62,629 nucleotides of DNA from Candidatus Omnitrophota bacterium (GTDB lineage: Bacteria > Omnitrophota > Gorgyraeia > Duberdicusellales > 4484-171): assembly GCA_024231025.1 (NCBI GenBank), contig JAAEQW010000116.1:1-62629 (forward strand). Reading direction: 5' to 3'. How positions within the stretch are numbered: position 1 is the stretch's first letter; each line of letters starts with the position of its first letter. The position numbers were made by a program, and so were the translations under genes. A model generated the notes under the pieces. It was not told the DNA's origin. It saw only the letters and a program-made list of their open reading frames with translations, and made no database searches. This document shows positions 1 through 8,911 of the stretch, one piece after another.

Positions 1-2
1 AA

Positions 3-3000
3 AACGGCAGGCCATTTGCCCCAAGTACAATAACCAGCGAACGCCGTCAACTTGGTAAAAATTATCTGGAGATACTTACTGACGGTGAGTGGGTTAGTTC
101 ACCCGATCGCGGACGGGAACAGGCATATCGCTTAAGTGATGATTATCGCAAGCTTAAACGCGATAACTTAAAGAGAGCTCTTTCAGGAGATCTGGCAGCG
201 ATTGAACATATGGATTCTGCAATGATTCCCCCGATGGAATTTGCTAACGTGAAAAGAGCAGTGAAAGGGCTATTCAAACTGAAGCCATCTACAAAAGAAG
301 GTTCTGACGCAGTTGCGGCCGCAAAAGCAAGAAACGCGAAAGTTTTAAGTGTTTTTGTAAAAGGTTCACGGAATGAGGATAAGAACGTTCGAGAGAGGTG
401 CGTAAGGTCATTAGGAACCGCTCTAGAAAGAGGCATCGACATCGGAGAAGATGGCGAAAAAGCTTTAGAAGAAGCTTTGAGTGATGATGACCACTTTGTT
501 CGAGAAGTAGCCGCAGCTGCAATAGCAAAAGGTTTGAATAGCGCGGGCGCCAATACTCGAGTCAATACCCGAGTGAGACGGGTAACAATGTTAGGAAGCG
601 CTTTTGATTTAGAAGGAGAAATACATATTGGAGAGGACGTTTTAGCAGTCTTAGGAAGAGCGTTAAAGGATCCGGATGAAGATGTCCGAGAAGCAGCCGT
701 AGCTGTAATAGCAAAAGGCTTGAATGGTGCAAATAAGACTGTTCTAGTAAGATGCATAACGATGTTAGGGGATGCCATAGAAGAAGGAATCGACATCGGA
801 GATGCCAATTTTCAGACTTTAGAAGAAGCCCTGGATAGTGTATATGACAATGTTTTAGAAGCAATTGCAATCGCAATAGCAAAAGGCTTGGATAGTAGGA
901 ATCCCAACATTCGAGCAAATTGCATAATAATAGCAGCAAACGCTATAGAAAGAAAGAACGATATCGGAGGGTATGGAATAGCCGCCACACAGAAGGCTTT
1001 GTTTGCCAAAGACGAAAAGGTTCAAAAAGCAGCTATGCAGGCATTAAGGGTTGGCTTAAGCAGTACACATGAAGATCTTCAATCAGCATATGTGACAATA
1101 TTAGTGGAGGCTTTAGAAAATGGAATTAAGATCGAAGACGATATCTTAGATGTCTTAACGAAAATTGTGGATAAAAAAGATTCACCCGTGAGAGAACGTG
1201 TAATGGAAATCTTAGAAAAAGAACTGACAGCAGTGGACGAGGCAGGTGCATCAAGCGATAAACAAAAAAAACCATCTCTCAAGGGGCAGGAGGGTTATTG
1301 GCCTGTGTTTAGCAATATGACTAACGGTCTTGCAGATATTTTGGAGAGAATTTTTAGCAAAGAAGAGAAAACCCCGGTAGTTAATCCGCTTTTAAAACCG
1401 GAAGAACGCTTTGATGCTCGGGTTGCGCGGGTGATGAAGAGTTTTGAAGATAAGTTTTTCTACACCGAGGATGAAGCTCAAAGTATTGATCTTGGTTCTT
1501 TAGATTACTCAATGTATGAAAACGGCGAAATCGTTAATCGTTTTGGTGTGGCAACGCGTGCAATTAAGAAGTTAGTATCCGGTGATAAAGGTCAGGTTAT
1601 GATTAAGGTAAGGTATCTTAATGGAGTATTTTTTACTACAGAAGATGTTAGGTTAAGTATTTTTGAAGGCAAAGTCATTGCTTATTTTAAACCATACACT
1701 CCGAATCCTATTTACGTTGATGTGAGCGATCAGGAAATTTTGGTAGGTCGAGACTGGGATCTTTTGGATCATAAAGTCGAGGAAATTTTTGGTTCAAAGG
1801 ATAGTGTTCGTAGCGAGGGGTTTGTTCAATCGCTTTATACTACTTTAGTTCGTCCACCTATTGCTGTTGCGTCTGGCGATTCATATCTAATGAAACTAAG
1901 GCTTCGTTCTTCTGTATTACAGGGAAGTGCCACAATGGAAATAGAATCGTCAATAATGCCGAGTTCTCAATTGGTGGATGATAAGCACTTCACAAAGAAA
2001 CGTTTGTTTTGGAAGAAGAAGATTGGGGATATTTCACGTGATGATGTTGAGAGAGCTTTAAATGAATTTATTGTTCGACGTTTGCTGGTAGACCGAGATC
2101 CAGCAAGGGAGCTAGAGGAAAAAAGAACAGAAGTGTTTATAGACAATGTTGATAATACGAATCTTTCGGGGTTGTTGCGTTTGGAGATTATTCATAAGAT
2201 TATTTCTGATGTTGACAATCAGGAAGTTGTAAGTGCTTTAGGCAGAGCCATTGATGCCCTTGATTTAGGAGAGGATGGAGTTGCGGAGAGGCTTGTTGGG
2301 GTTCGTGACGCAATTAGAGGGTTGTCTGTGTCTGGTGAAGATCGCTTTAAATCAACATACACTTCTTTGCAGCTCTTGATTAGTGGCAAATTTGTTCGTG
2401 TTTTAAAAGATAAAAATGCTGATCGTGATTCATCTGTTAATAAAGATGAGCCTGTCGTAGCGGATAAAGATCGCGAAGAAGAAACGGTACCAGCTGTTGA
2501 GGATAATCCATCTGCTAACAAAGGCAGGGTTAAGGTTTTTCAAACTTCTCCCCACCCACATTATGGTCAATCTACAGTTGAATTTTACGAAAACGACAGT
2601 GCCGAAGAATTACTTGAAAAACTCGCTCATGCAATTTCGACATTAGCTAAGCTATTGCCAGAGAAAGGCGATATGGGCATTTTGAGGCATGATCCCGTTC
2701 TTCTAAGATTTTTAGATGTTACTGTGAGCGAAAGAGATAGCGATCAAGACATTTACAATAAAGTAATAAAAGCTATATCTGTTAAGACGTTTATCGCGAC
2801 GCAGTTAGTAGGTTACGAAGCTAGTGATACTAGCCTTGAATGGTTTGATGGTGCTATGCGTTATATCTTGGATGGTGCACCGTCGCTAACGCATTTGCAA
2901 ACGGGAGGAAAAATTAATAAGGATAACTTTGGCAGCGTAGGCGGATGGAGTGACGACCGCGACCCCAACGGCTCGCCTTGGCAGCTTTTAGGTGAAATGG

Positions 3001-6000
3001 CAGCAGTTGCTCACGCGATAGGGTGGCTAGCAAGTGAAGATGGCCTTACCCTTGGGGGGATAATGTATTACATGATTTATTCGCGTTCTCCAAGCATAGT
3101 ACGTGAAGAACTTGAGATCTTAATTAATTTAGGGGTTATCGAAATCGCCGAAGTAGTTGATGGCACTAACCATTATCGGTTTGTACCAACCATAAGAGGT
3201 TTAGCTGGCAATTCAGATATGACAGGCGTATCAAGGATAGCCCACTTACTTAGCAGAATCAGAGAGATTGATTTAGGTTATCGCGCTTACCGTCGCAAAG
3301 GTACTAAGCCTTTGTATTGGGGTAGTATTCCCGGTGCTGCACTTGATGAAGCTGCTGAATTAGCGCAAGTAGAAATTCTCCATGCCTATGTAGAAGACAT
3401 CGAGCACAGCAAAGATGTTTTGCACTTTTTAGAAAGTGATGACTCAGATAGAGCAGGCAGGCTGTTTGAAGTTGCAAAGCTAGATCCGGCTAATGATGCA
3501 ATAAAAGAAATAGCAACGAAACTAATTAATCAGCGGGTTATGCAAGAAAAGGCAGTAATTAAATCTTGGGTGGACAGAATTTTAGAGCAAGGAAATAACA
3601 GCGTTCCCTTTTCTGCTCCACCGGTTATTATTGAAGCGCTAAACCAGAATATTTTTACTCCAAAAGAGATAGTCGATTGGATGAATCAGTTGTTGGATCG
3701 AGGAGATGTCTGGAGAATGCTTACGGCAGCTCTTACGATTACTGAGGCAATGAAGTCGGATTCTTTTAGGGAAAGTGAGGGTATTTCGGGAGAGATAATT
3801 GCAACTTTTGCCTCGCGAATGATTGGTAGGTTTGATGTGCCAGTTGAAGGTTTAGGGCTAGGTTCACATATGGCCGATAGCATTTTTACTGGAGAGACCG
3901 ATGAGAGTTTTTTTACTCAAAGAACCATTCAAAAACTTATTGATAAGCTAATGAAGCAAGGAGCGATTAACGAGGCAAAGATGATTGCCGATAAATTTTC
4001 AGAAGTTAACCATCCAAATTCAGTTGATATGGAAATCATTAATGGCGACGAAGCGAAAGAGTCTGATGATGTTGCAAAGGCACAGAAGTATCTTGATGAA
4101 GCAATACGTCTACTAGCTAAGGTTGATTCTAGAAAACTTGACGGTCTTTCTTTTCCCGTGGCAGATACAATAAGTATTCCTTATGTTTCGCTTGCGATTG
4201 ATCTGGTTAATTGGTTAGAAGGTCAAGGGAAAGCTAGCAAGGTGCACCTAGAATTTAGGCAGTACTTGAAGGAAGGCAAGCGTGGAATGAGATTAAAACA
4301 GGCTGTGGGCTATGACAATGAGGTTGACCGGGCGGTTTTAGAGGCTTGGCGAGCGATGAAAGGTAGGAACGTGGATGGGGCAATGCATGGTGTAAGTAAG
4401 GTTATACATCTTTTAGGTAACGCAGAACATGATGAAGCCGGAGAAACAGATTCGCTGGAAAATGTAAGCATACTTCTTGGGGTTACTCGCTGGCTAAATA
4501 GCGAATTAGCAATGGAACCAAAGCACCTATATCTTGAGCAATTAGTGAAGGCCAAGAAAACCGGAATGGAACTTAGAGAGGCGCTAGGTTATCCTAGTGG
4601 GCTTATTGATGCTAGCAAGTTAACCCATGTAAAGGTTCGTTTTCTTTGTGGCAACGGTTTCGAACCTCTGCCGTTTTTTGATTTTGTCAAAGAAATGGTG
4701 AGAATGGGTTTTAAGTTGGAAAAAGCTTCTTCCGTTAGCGATAAGTCTGATTCTGTGTCTTACAAAAGGCTTTCTGCGATGATGAAAAGGGGTGATTTCG
4801 ATCCCGCTGATTTTTATTTAGAGGATGTTTTTTTTGCCAAGAAAAGCGATGATTTGTGGTATGCGGTAGTCGATAAAGAGCATGGTTCTGTTTCTTATAA
4901 GGAGTTTTTTAATGCAATAAAAGCAAGTGGTCTTAGCCTTGACGATGTTGAAGTTGGCATGAATCAAGAAAAGACTGAAGCATTCTTGGTGGAAAAAAGC
5001 TCTCTTCCTAATGTAGCCGATAGCGCTGAAACGATGATCAACGGAGATGCAGGTCCATTTAACTATCTTTTTGGGTTGAGCGCAACATCGCCAATGATTG
5101 CAAGTGCAGTAGCGCAGTTGAACCGAGCGGGAAAAACAGATGACGCAAGACATTTAGAAGAGATGTCTATTGAAGAAGGTGTCACTGCAGAGGTGATCTT
5201 AGAAGATGACGACGACCCCACCTCTAAAGGTTCACCCGCGGGGCTTTTGGTTTTTGTCGCAAATAACGATGAATTGTTAGATGAATTATTGAAGGACCGT
5301 GGAGTTACCGATGGTGAAATGGCGGCAATTATGATTCGCCATGACAGAAGAAACCGCCAAAACGGCAAGCCATTTGCCCCAAGCACAATAACCGGCGAAC
5401 GCCGTCAAGCTGGTCAGGATCAGTTGGAAATATTTGTTGAAGGGGAAAAAGTTTCTCGGAGTGAAAGCCGTGGTCAGTGGAGCCAAGCCTATCGGCTAAA
5501 CGATCAATTGCGTGATCTTTCAAGAAATAGGTTAATTCATACCCTTAAAACCTTAGCGGCTATTGAGTTTATGGCGAGAGCAAGTATTCCAGAAAACGAA
5601 TTTGAAGGAGTAAAAACAAAAGCGAAGCGAATAATCAAGGAGGCTTTTGATCAAGAAGCTTTAGCCGTTGCAACTAGGGATGGCTTGATACAACAGGTAG
5701 TAGGTCTTTTAAATGAAAGGGCTTCTTACCAAGAGTCGGTTAGTGATAGAGATTGGGAAGCAAATACCAAAGCGATAGTCAAATTACTTAGAGAATTGGG
5801 TTATAAATCAGACAGCCAAGCCAAGGGTATTTTCCTGAGTTTAGCATTGTCGCCAAGGAGCGGTCCAAAAGATGTAATTATTCGAGAGCTAAAAGAATTA
5901 GAAGCGCTTGCTAATGCTGAAAAAAGAGTTTACCCCATAATGCATCCACCGTCTCAAGAAGGTGGCCGGGTGGTATTGGATGTTCGTCTAGATCCAGTAG

Positions 6001-7223
6001 CACGGCGTGCATTTCCAGTTGGTTCAAGGGAGCTTACCATAAGAGAAGATCTTGAGCCTGAATTACCTCCTCGCAAAGCTCGTCTTTCTCCCATGGTTAC
6101 GATTGAGCCGATGGAGCCAACAAAGCCAACAAAGGCAAGTGATTGGCAGCGTGAAGGTACAGAAGACTTAAACCTTGAGGGCCATATAAAGCGCCGCAAG
6201 CGAAGGGCAAACTCGTTGGAATGGTTGAAAGATGAAGAGGTCATCGACGAGATACTTTCTAGTGTTGCGGATAAAGATGACGACGATTCGGCTCCCGATG
6301 GTGCACCGGCGAATGTGTTTAAAATTGTTTTTGATGTTAGTGCTGCGGATGATGCTTATGATGAATTAGAGGAAGCGATTTTAGAGGAAGAGATTTCAGA
6401 GGAAGAGATTTTAGACGAAGATGAAATGGATGTTGATGGGATAGATAATGCCGCAATAGAAATAGACGCAGGTATGTTGCTTGATCCTGTTGATGAACCT
6501 GATTCTGAGGAAATAGTTCAAAGGAACATGATAAATGAAAACATAGGGATTAATGGTAATGACGTTACACTATCTTGGCTGATGAGTATGGTTAATCAAA
6601 AGAGGAAAGGTGCCCTAGGAAAGAGAAGCATTAGTCAGGCAACTATCAAGCGAGACACTAATCGCCTTGAAACAGCAGGTCTGGTTGAGAAAAAAATAGA
6701 ATCAGATGGTATCGTATTAATAATACCTACAGTAGAGCTAGATGACGAACAGGCAGGAGCTATTTATGCGGCGCTAACTAATGTTCCAAGGCGCTGGGAT
6801 CCAAGTGTAAAAGACGTTCAGGAAATCGTGCTTGGAGCTGTGGCGCAATGGCCAGTATTATATGGGAAAATAGAAGCAAATCAAAAACCAATTGCCTCTC
6901 CTTATCCGGGCGGCATTAAGGGTGGTATCGACTACGGCACGATGGATGCCACGGTAGATGTGCAAAACGAAGGCATCTATAAGATGACAATGCAGGAACT
7001 ACCATTTAAGGTTGAAAGTGTTGCCGGACTTCGGGCTAATGTTTTAATGGTATCAAAAATTGACGATCCTAACCAGGTCTTTGTTTCAAGAAGAAACAGG
7101 GAATTTGCCTCTTCAAAGGCACCGGTTAGGCCCAATCGTAAGCCTGTTCCAATGCCGCAGCCACTTTGCTTAGCTGCAGTAGCGATGATTAGAGAGAGGT
7201 CAAATAAAGTAGCTAAAAGCTAA
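3..7223 (+). CDS. Giant multidomain protein, 5'-truncated by the window edge (2406 codons visible); HEAT-like repeats, acidic tract, winged-helix-like segment; function unknown
   Basis: Track ORF 210..7223 stays open in the same frame back to base 3, with no in-frame stop and no ATG/GTG/TTG before 210. The upstream in-frame peptide NGRPFAPSTITSERRQLGK... is a paralogue of NGKPFAPSTITGERRQAGQ... encoded at 5359-5500 of the same ORF, so coding continues off the left edge. D/E-rich tract at ~6240-6500. SISQATIKRDTNRLETAGLVEKK (wHTH-like) at ~6624-6700. Confidence 0.85.
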   Translation, partial: NGRPFAPSTITSERRQLGKNYLEILTDGEWVSSPDRGREQAYRLSDDYRKLKRDNLKRALSGDLAAIEHMDSAMIPPMEFANVKRAVKGLFKLKPSTKEGSDAVAAAKARNAKVLSVFVKGSRNEDKNVRERCVRSLGTALERGIDIGEDGEKALEEALSDDDHFVREVAAAAIAKGLNSAGANTRVNTRVRRVTMLGSAFDLEGEIHIGEDVLAVLGRALKDPDEDVREAAVAVIAKGLNGANKTVLVRCITMLGDAIEEGIDIGDANFQTLEEALDSVYDNVLEAIAIAIAKGLDSRNPNIRANCIIIAANAIERKNDIGGYGIAATQKALFAKDEKVQKAAMQALRVGLSSTHEDLQSAYVTILVEALENGIKIEDDILDVLTKIVDKKDSPVRERVMEILEKELTAVDEAGASSDKQKKPSLKGQEGYWPVFSNMTNGLADILERIFSKEEKTPVVNPLLKPEERFDARVARVMKSFEDKFFYTEDEAQSIDLGSLDYSMYENGEIVNRFGVATRAIKKLVSGDKGQVMIKVRYLNGVFFTTEDVRLSIFEGKVIAYFKPYTPNPIYVDVSDQEILVGRDWDLLDHKVEEIFGSKDSVRSEGFVQSLYTTLVRPPIAVASGDSYLMKLRLRSSVLQGSATMEIESSIMPSSQLVDDKHFTKKRLFWKKKIGDISRDDVERALNEFIVRRLLVDRDPARELEEKRTEVFIDNVDNTNLSGLLRLEIIHKIISDVDNQEVVSALGRAIDALDLGEDGVAERLVGVRDAIRGLSVSGEDRFKSTYTSLQLLISGKFVRVLKDKNADRDSSVNKDEPVVADKDREEETVPAVEDNPSANKGRVKVFQTSPHPHYGQSTVEFYENDSAEELLEKLAHAISTLAKLLPEKGDMGILRHDPVLLRFLDVTVSERDSDQDIYNKVIKAISVKTFIATQLVGYEASDTSLEWFDGAMRYILDGAPSLTHLQTGGKINKDNFGSVGGWSDDRDPNGSPWQLLGEMAAVAHAIGWLASEDGLTLGGIMYYMIYSRSPSIVREELEILINLGVIEIAEVVDGTNHYRFVPTIRGLAGNSDMTGVSRIAHLLSRIREIDLGYRAYRRKGTKPLYWGSIPGAALDEAAELAQVEILHAYVEDIEHSKDVLHFLESDDSDRAGRLFEVAKLDPANDAIKEIATKLINQRVMQEKAVIKSWVDRILEQGNNSVPFSAPPVIIEALNQNIFTPKEIVDWMNQLLDRGDVWRMLTAALTITEAMKSDSFRESEGISGEIIATFASRMIGRFDVPVEGLGLGSHMADSIFTGETDESFFTQRTIQKLIDKLMKQGAINEAKMIADKFSEVNHPNSVDMEIINGDEAKESDDVAKAQKYLDEAIRLLAKVDSRKLDGLSFPVADTISIPYVSLAIDLVNWLEGQGKASKVHLEFRQYLKEGKRGMRLKQAVGYDNEVDRAVLEAWRAMKGRNVDGAMHGVSKVIHLLGNAEHDEAGETDSLENVSILLGVTRWLNSELAMEPKHLYLEQLVKAKKTGMELREALGYPSGLIDASKLTHVKVRFLCGNGFEPLPFFDFVKEMVRMGFKLEKASSVSDKSDSVSYKRLSAMMKRGDFDPADFYLEDVFFAKKSDDLWYAVVDKEHGSVSYKEFFNAIKASGLSLDDVEVGMNQEKTEAFLVEKSSLPNVADSAETMINGDAGPFNYLFGLSATSPMIASAVAQLNRAGKTDDARHLEEMSIEEGVTAEVILEDDDDPTSKGSPAGLLVFVANNDELLDELLKDRGVTDGEMAAIMIRHDRRNRQNGKPFAPSTITGERRQAGQDQLEIFVEGEKVSRSESRGQWSQAYRLNDQLRDLSRNRLIHTLKTLAAIEFMARASIPENEFEGVKTKAKRIIKEAFDQEALAVATRDGLIQQVVGLLNERASYQESVSDRDWEANTKAIVKLLRELGYKSDSQAKGIFLSLALSPRSGPKDVIIRELKELEALANAEKRVYPIMHPPSQEGGRVVLDVRLDPVARRAFPVGSRELTIREDLEPELPPRKARLSPMVTIEPMEPTKPTKASDWQREGTEDLNLEGHIKRRKRRANSLEWLKDEEVIDEILSSVADKDDDDSAPDGAPANVFKIVFDVSAADDAYDELEEAILEEEISEEEILDEDEMDVDGIDNAAIEIDAGMLLDPVDEPDSEEIVQRNMINENIGINGNDVTLSWLMSMVNQKRKGALGKRSISQATIKRDTNRLETAGLVEKKIESDGIVLIIPTVELDDEQAGAIYAALTNVPRRWDPSVKDVQEIVLGAVAQWPVLYGKIEANQKPIASPYPGGIKGGIDYGTMDATVDVQNEGIYKMTMQELPFKVESVAGLRANVLMVSKIDDPNQVFVSRRNREFASSKAPVRPNRKPVPMPQPLCLAAVAMIRERSNKVAKS
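400..1260 (+). repeat. HEAT/PBS-lyase-like helical repeat array (protein level) inside the left giant ORF
   Basis: Recurrent VRE(V/A)A.A.IAKGLN motifs with matching DNA: 497-540, 684-727 and 852-895 all contain ...gcaatagcaaaaggcttg.... They alternate with (E)RGIDIGEDG-type turns. Confidence 0.55.
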
Positions 7224-7240
7224 AATCATGTAAGAATTCA

Positions 7241-7271
7241 CCTCGTTACCTTTCCGGGTTTGGTAACGGGG
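7241..7271 (+). terminator. Stem-loop just after the giant-ORF stop codon (candidate terminator, no T-tract)
   Basis: cctcgttacc (7241-7250) pairs with ggtaacgggg (7262-7271), giving a 10-bp stem with one G-T pair and an 11-nt loop. No U-run follows, so intrinsic-terminator status is uncertain. Confidence 0.3.
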
Positions 7272-7299
7272 TATAGAACCCACAAAAACAATAGGCAAG

Positions 7300-7560
7300 A
7301 TCAGCCGCAGGTAAAATCTATTTTTGCGAAGGCTTGATGTCCGGTTCGTCTCCACGCGCGGAGCCGTGGAGTTCTTTGTTGCGGGCATTTTGCTTATCGA
7401 CTTTTCACCGATTACGTTCAAAGGACTCATGTGCGAAGCAACAAATAGCTATTTTACCGGAGGCACCAGCTTACTTCGCTCAGAATACCATGCTTTTAAG
7501 GCCTCAGGGCCTGCCTGCCCGCCGGCAGGCGGGCGGTACATGTCCCCGAGCAACAGACTT
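7300..7560. other. G+C-enriched, strongly self-complementary non-coding island (structured RNA candidate or degenerate repeat cluster)
   Basis: ggtaaaatctattt (7308-7321) is complementary to aaatagctattttacc (7443-7458). Inner hairpin ctccacg...cgtggag (~7349-7370). G+C hairpin gcccgcc-ggca-ggcgggc (7517-7534). cggtacatgtccccg (7534-7548) is an arm of the palindrome found inside the right giant ORF. Track ORFs 7324..7578 and 7334..7642 look like artefacts. Confidence 0.35.
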
Positions 7561-7661
7561 TCCGAATTTAATCCTTAATCCTTTTTTTCTTGCGAAATCC
7601 ATATACTCTAGTAAAATGCATATTCTGTACAAGATCCTATAAGAATGTGGCCTAATCCGAT

Positions 7662-7952
7662 ATGTTGGAAAAATATAAACAATACTTTAAAGAGAGCGAA
7701 AAGGAGTGGGAAGACCGCTGTATCCGTTGTGGCGGGTGTTGTGGTGCTTTTGATGATCCTTGCTTGCAATTAAGAAAAGATAATCAAGGGAAATATTATT
7801 GCGTATCGTATCAGGATAGATTTGGAGAACAGCTAACAAAAGAAGGAGAAAAGTTTGATTGCGTTCCGATATGGAAGATATATAACTCATATTGGAAGAA
7901 CGATCATCTTTGCGCTTACAAGAGAACGCGTAAGCTGCCTTGGAAAAAGTAG
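7662..7952 (+). CDS. Small cysteine-cluster protein (YkgJ-like CxxCxxCC zinc/iron-chelating domain)
   Basis: 96-aa ORF with CIRCGGCCGAF plus further Cys residues, the pattern of the CxxCxxCC family. Confidence 0.55.
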   Translation: MLEKYKQYFKESEKEWEDRCIRCGGCCGAFDDPCLQLRKDNQGKYYCVSYQDRFGEQLTKEGEKFDCVPIWKIYNSYWKNDHLCAYKRTRKLPWKK

Positions 7953-7997
7953 TTGATTTTTACTTAAAATTGACTATACTCGCCTTATGGGATTGAT

Positions 7998-8262
7998 GTA
8001 AAATGCAAAACCATAGCGCAAAAGTTAAAACCATGTAAGAATTAAGAATTTCCCGTTTACGGGATCCTATTAAATAAAGCAATAATCAAGTTACAAGTTA
8101 CAATGACCAAACAATAACCAATGATCAAATTTAAATAACCAAACGGTTTGATGATTGAATATTGAAATTTGAAATTTGTTTGCCTGCCCGCCTGCCGGCG
8201 GGTATCTTGTAACTTGTATCTTGTTTTTTGTATTGAGAATGATCAACTTACTACTCATGACT
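7998..8262. repeat. Composite intergenic repeat: partial family-B copy + family-A long hairpin (inverted relative to 13066-13300) with a nested G+C hairpin
   Basis: 7998-8045 resembles family B (gtaaaatgcaaaaccatagcgcaaaag). The reverse complement of 8046-8262 aligns with 13100-13300 (e.g. aaaccgtttggttatt, tcattggttattgtttggtcattgtaactt). 8182-8202 gcctgcccgcctgccggcggg is an extra insertion absent from the 13-kb copy. Confidence 0.8.
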
Positions 8263-8276
8263 ATACTAAAAAAAAT

Positions 8277-8909
8277 ATGATTGTACCAGCTTTGCTGACC
8301 GACAAAAAAGAAAATTTAGAGAAGATGCTTGATCTGTGTTCTGGATTTACTGATTTTGTCCAGATTGATGTTATGGATGGGGAGTTTGTGCCATCAACAA
8401 GCATTGGTCCCAAAGATTTAGATGGATTAGGCGGAAAAATCAGAAGTGAAGCTCACATTATGGCCCAGGATCCATTATCTTGGCTGGATGCTTTTAAGGG
8501 GATTGGCTCTGAGCGAATAATTTATCATTTTGAAGCCAATTGTGATCATGCAAAAACTATTGAGACCATCAAGGCGTGCGGTTGTGAGGTGGGAATTGCT
8601 ATAAATCCGCCAACTACCATTGAACAAGTTGAGCCTTGGATAGATAAGGTCGATTCGGTGCTATTTATGTCAGTTATTCCAGGATTCTATGGTGCTCCTT
8701 TTATACCGGAAGTTTTAAATAAAATACGTGAATTTAAAAAGATTTTTCCGGATAAGGTTGTTGGTATCGATGGCGGAGTAAAACTCAACAACGTAAAGGA
8801 AATAGCTGATAGCGGAGTAGATTATATATGTGTGGGTAGCGCCTTGTTAAAGGCCGGCAATCCCAAAGAGGCTTATGAGCGGTTTTTAGGCGAGTTAGGA
8901 ATAGTTTAA
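8277..8909 (+). CDS. rpe: Ribulose-phosphate 3-epimerase family protein
   Basis: VQIDVMDGEFVP, FMSVIPGFYG and GIDGGVKLNN match the RPE-fold motifs. The track start at 8169 (TTG) runs through the repeat element, so the in-frame ATG at 8277 is preferred. Confidence 0.75.
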   Translation: MIVPALLTDKKENLEKMLDLCSGFTDFVQIDVMDGEFVPSTSIGPKDLDGLGGKIRSEAHIMAQDPLSWLDAFKGIGSERIIYHFEANCDHAKTIETIKACGCEVGIAINPPTTIEQVEPWIDKVDSVLFMSVIPGFYGAPFIPEVLNKIREFKKIFPDKVVGIDGGVKLNNVKEIADSGVDYICVGSALLKAGNPKEAYERFLGELGIV

Positions 8910-8911
8910 TA

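Noticed and set aside
143-1282. Minus-strand ORFs 143..808, 289..528, 562..939, 812..1009 and 1079..1282.
   Set aside because: They are antisense shadows of the HEAT-like repeat region of the left giant ORF, with Ala/Ser/Leu-rich low-complexity translations.
7224-7575. RNase P RNA (rnpB) on the minus strand, suggested by GGAAAGUCUG, GGUGCC..GGUAA, GGUGAAA, AACUCCACGG and GAACCGGAC appearing in the canonical order.
   Set aside because: I could not build P1/P2 (the flanking ttgcgaa strings are direct, not inverted). The putative P4 strands pair poorly and lack the conserved bulged-U geometry. The whole P15-P18 region would be missing. Part of the island is clearly a palindromic repeat element. 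It is kept only as an unassigned structured region.
7324-7642. Track ORFs 7324..7578 and 7334..7642 (+), and 7200..7430 (-).
   Set aside because: They overlap one another in different frames and run through G+C hairpins and palindromes. They have Arg/Ala/Pro/Gly-biased low-complexity translations, no SD and no recognisable motifs.
8169-8276. N-terminal extensions of rpe (TTG 8169), dnaE (TTG 40246), the OmpA-like gene (TTG 15745) and the PEBP gene (GTG 13310) as given in the track.
   Set aside because: The extensions translate repeat elements or untranslated leader sequence. Conserved protein N-termini begin at internal ATGs (8277, 40315, 15856, 13322), mostly with good SDs.
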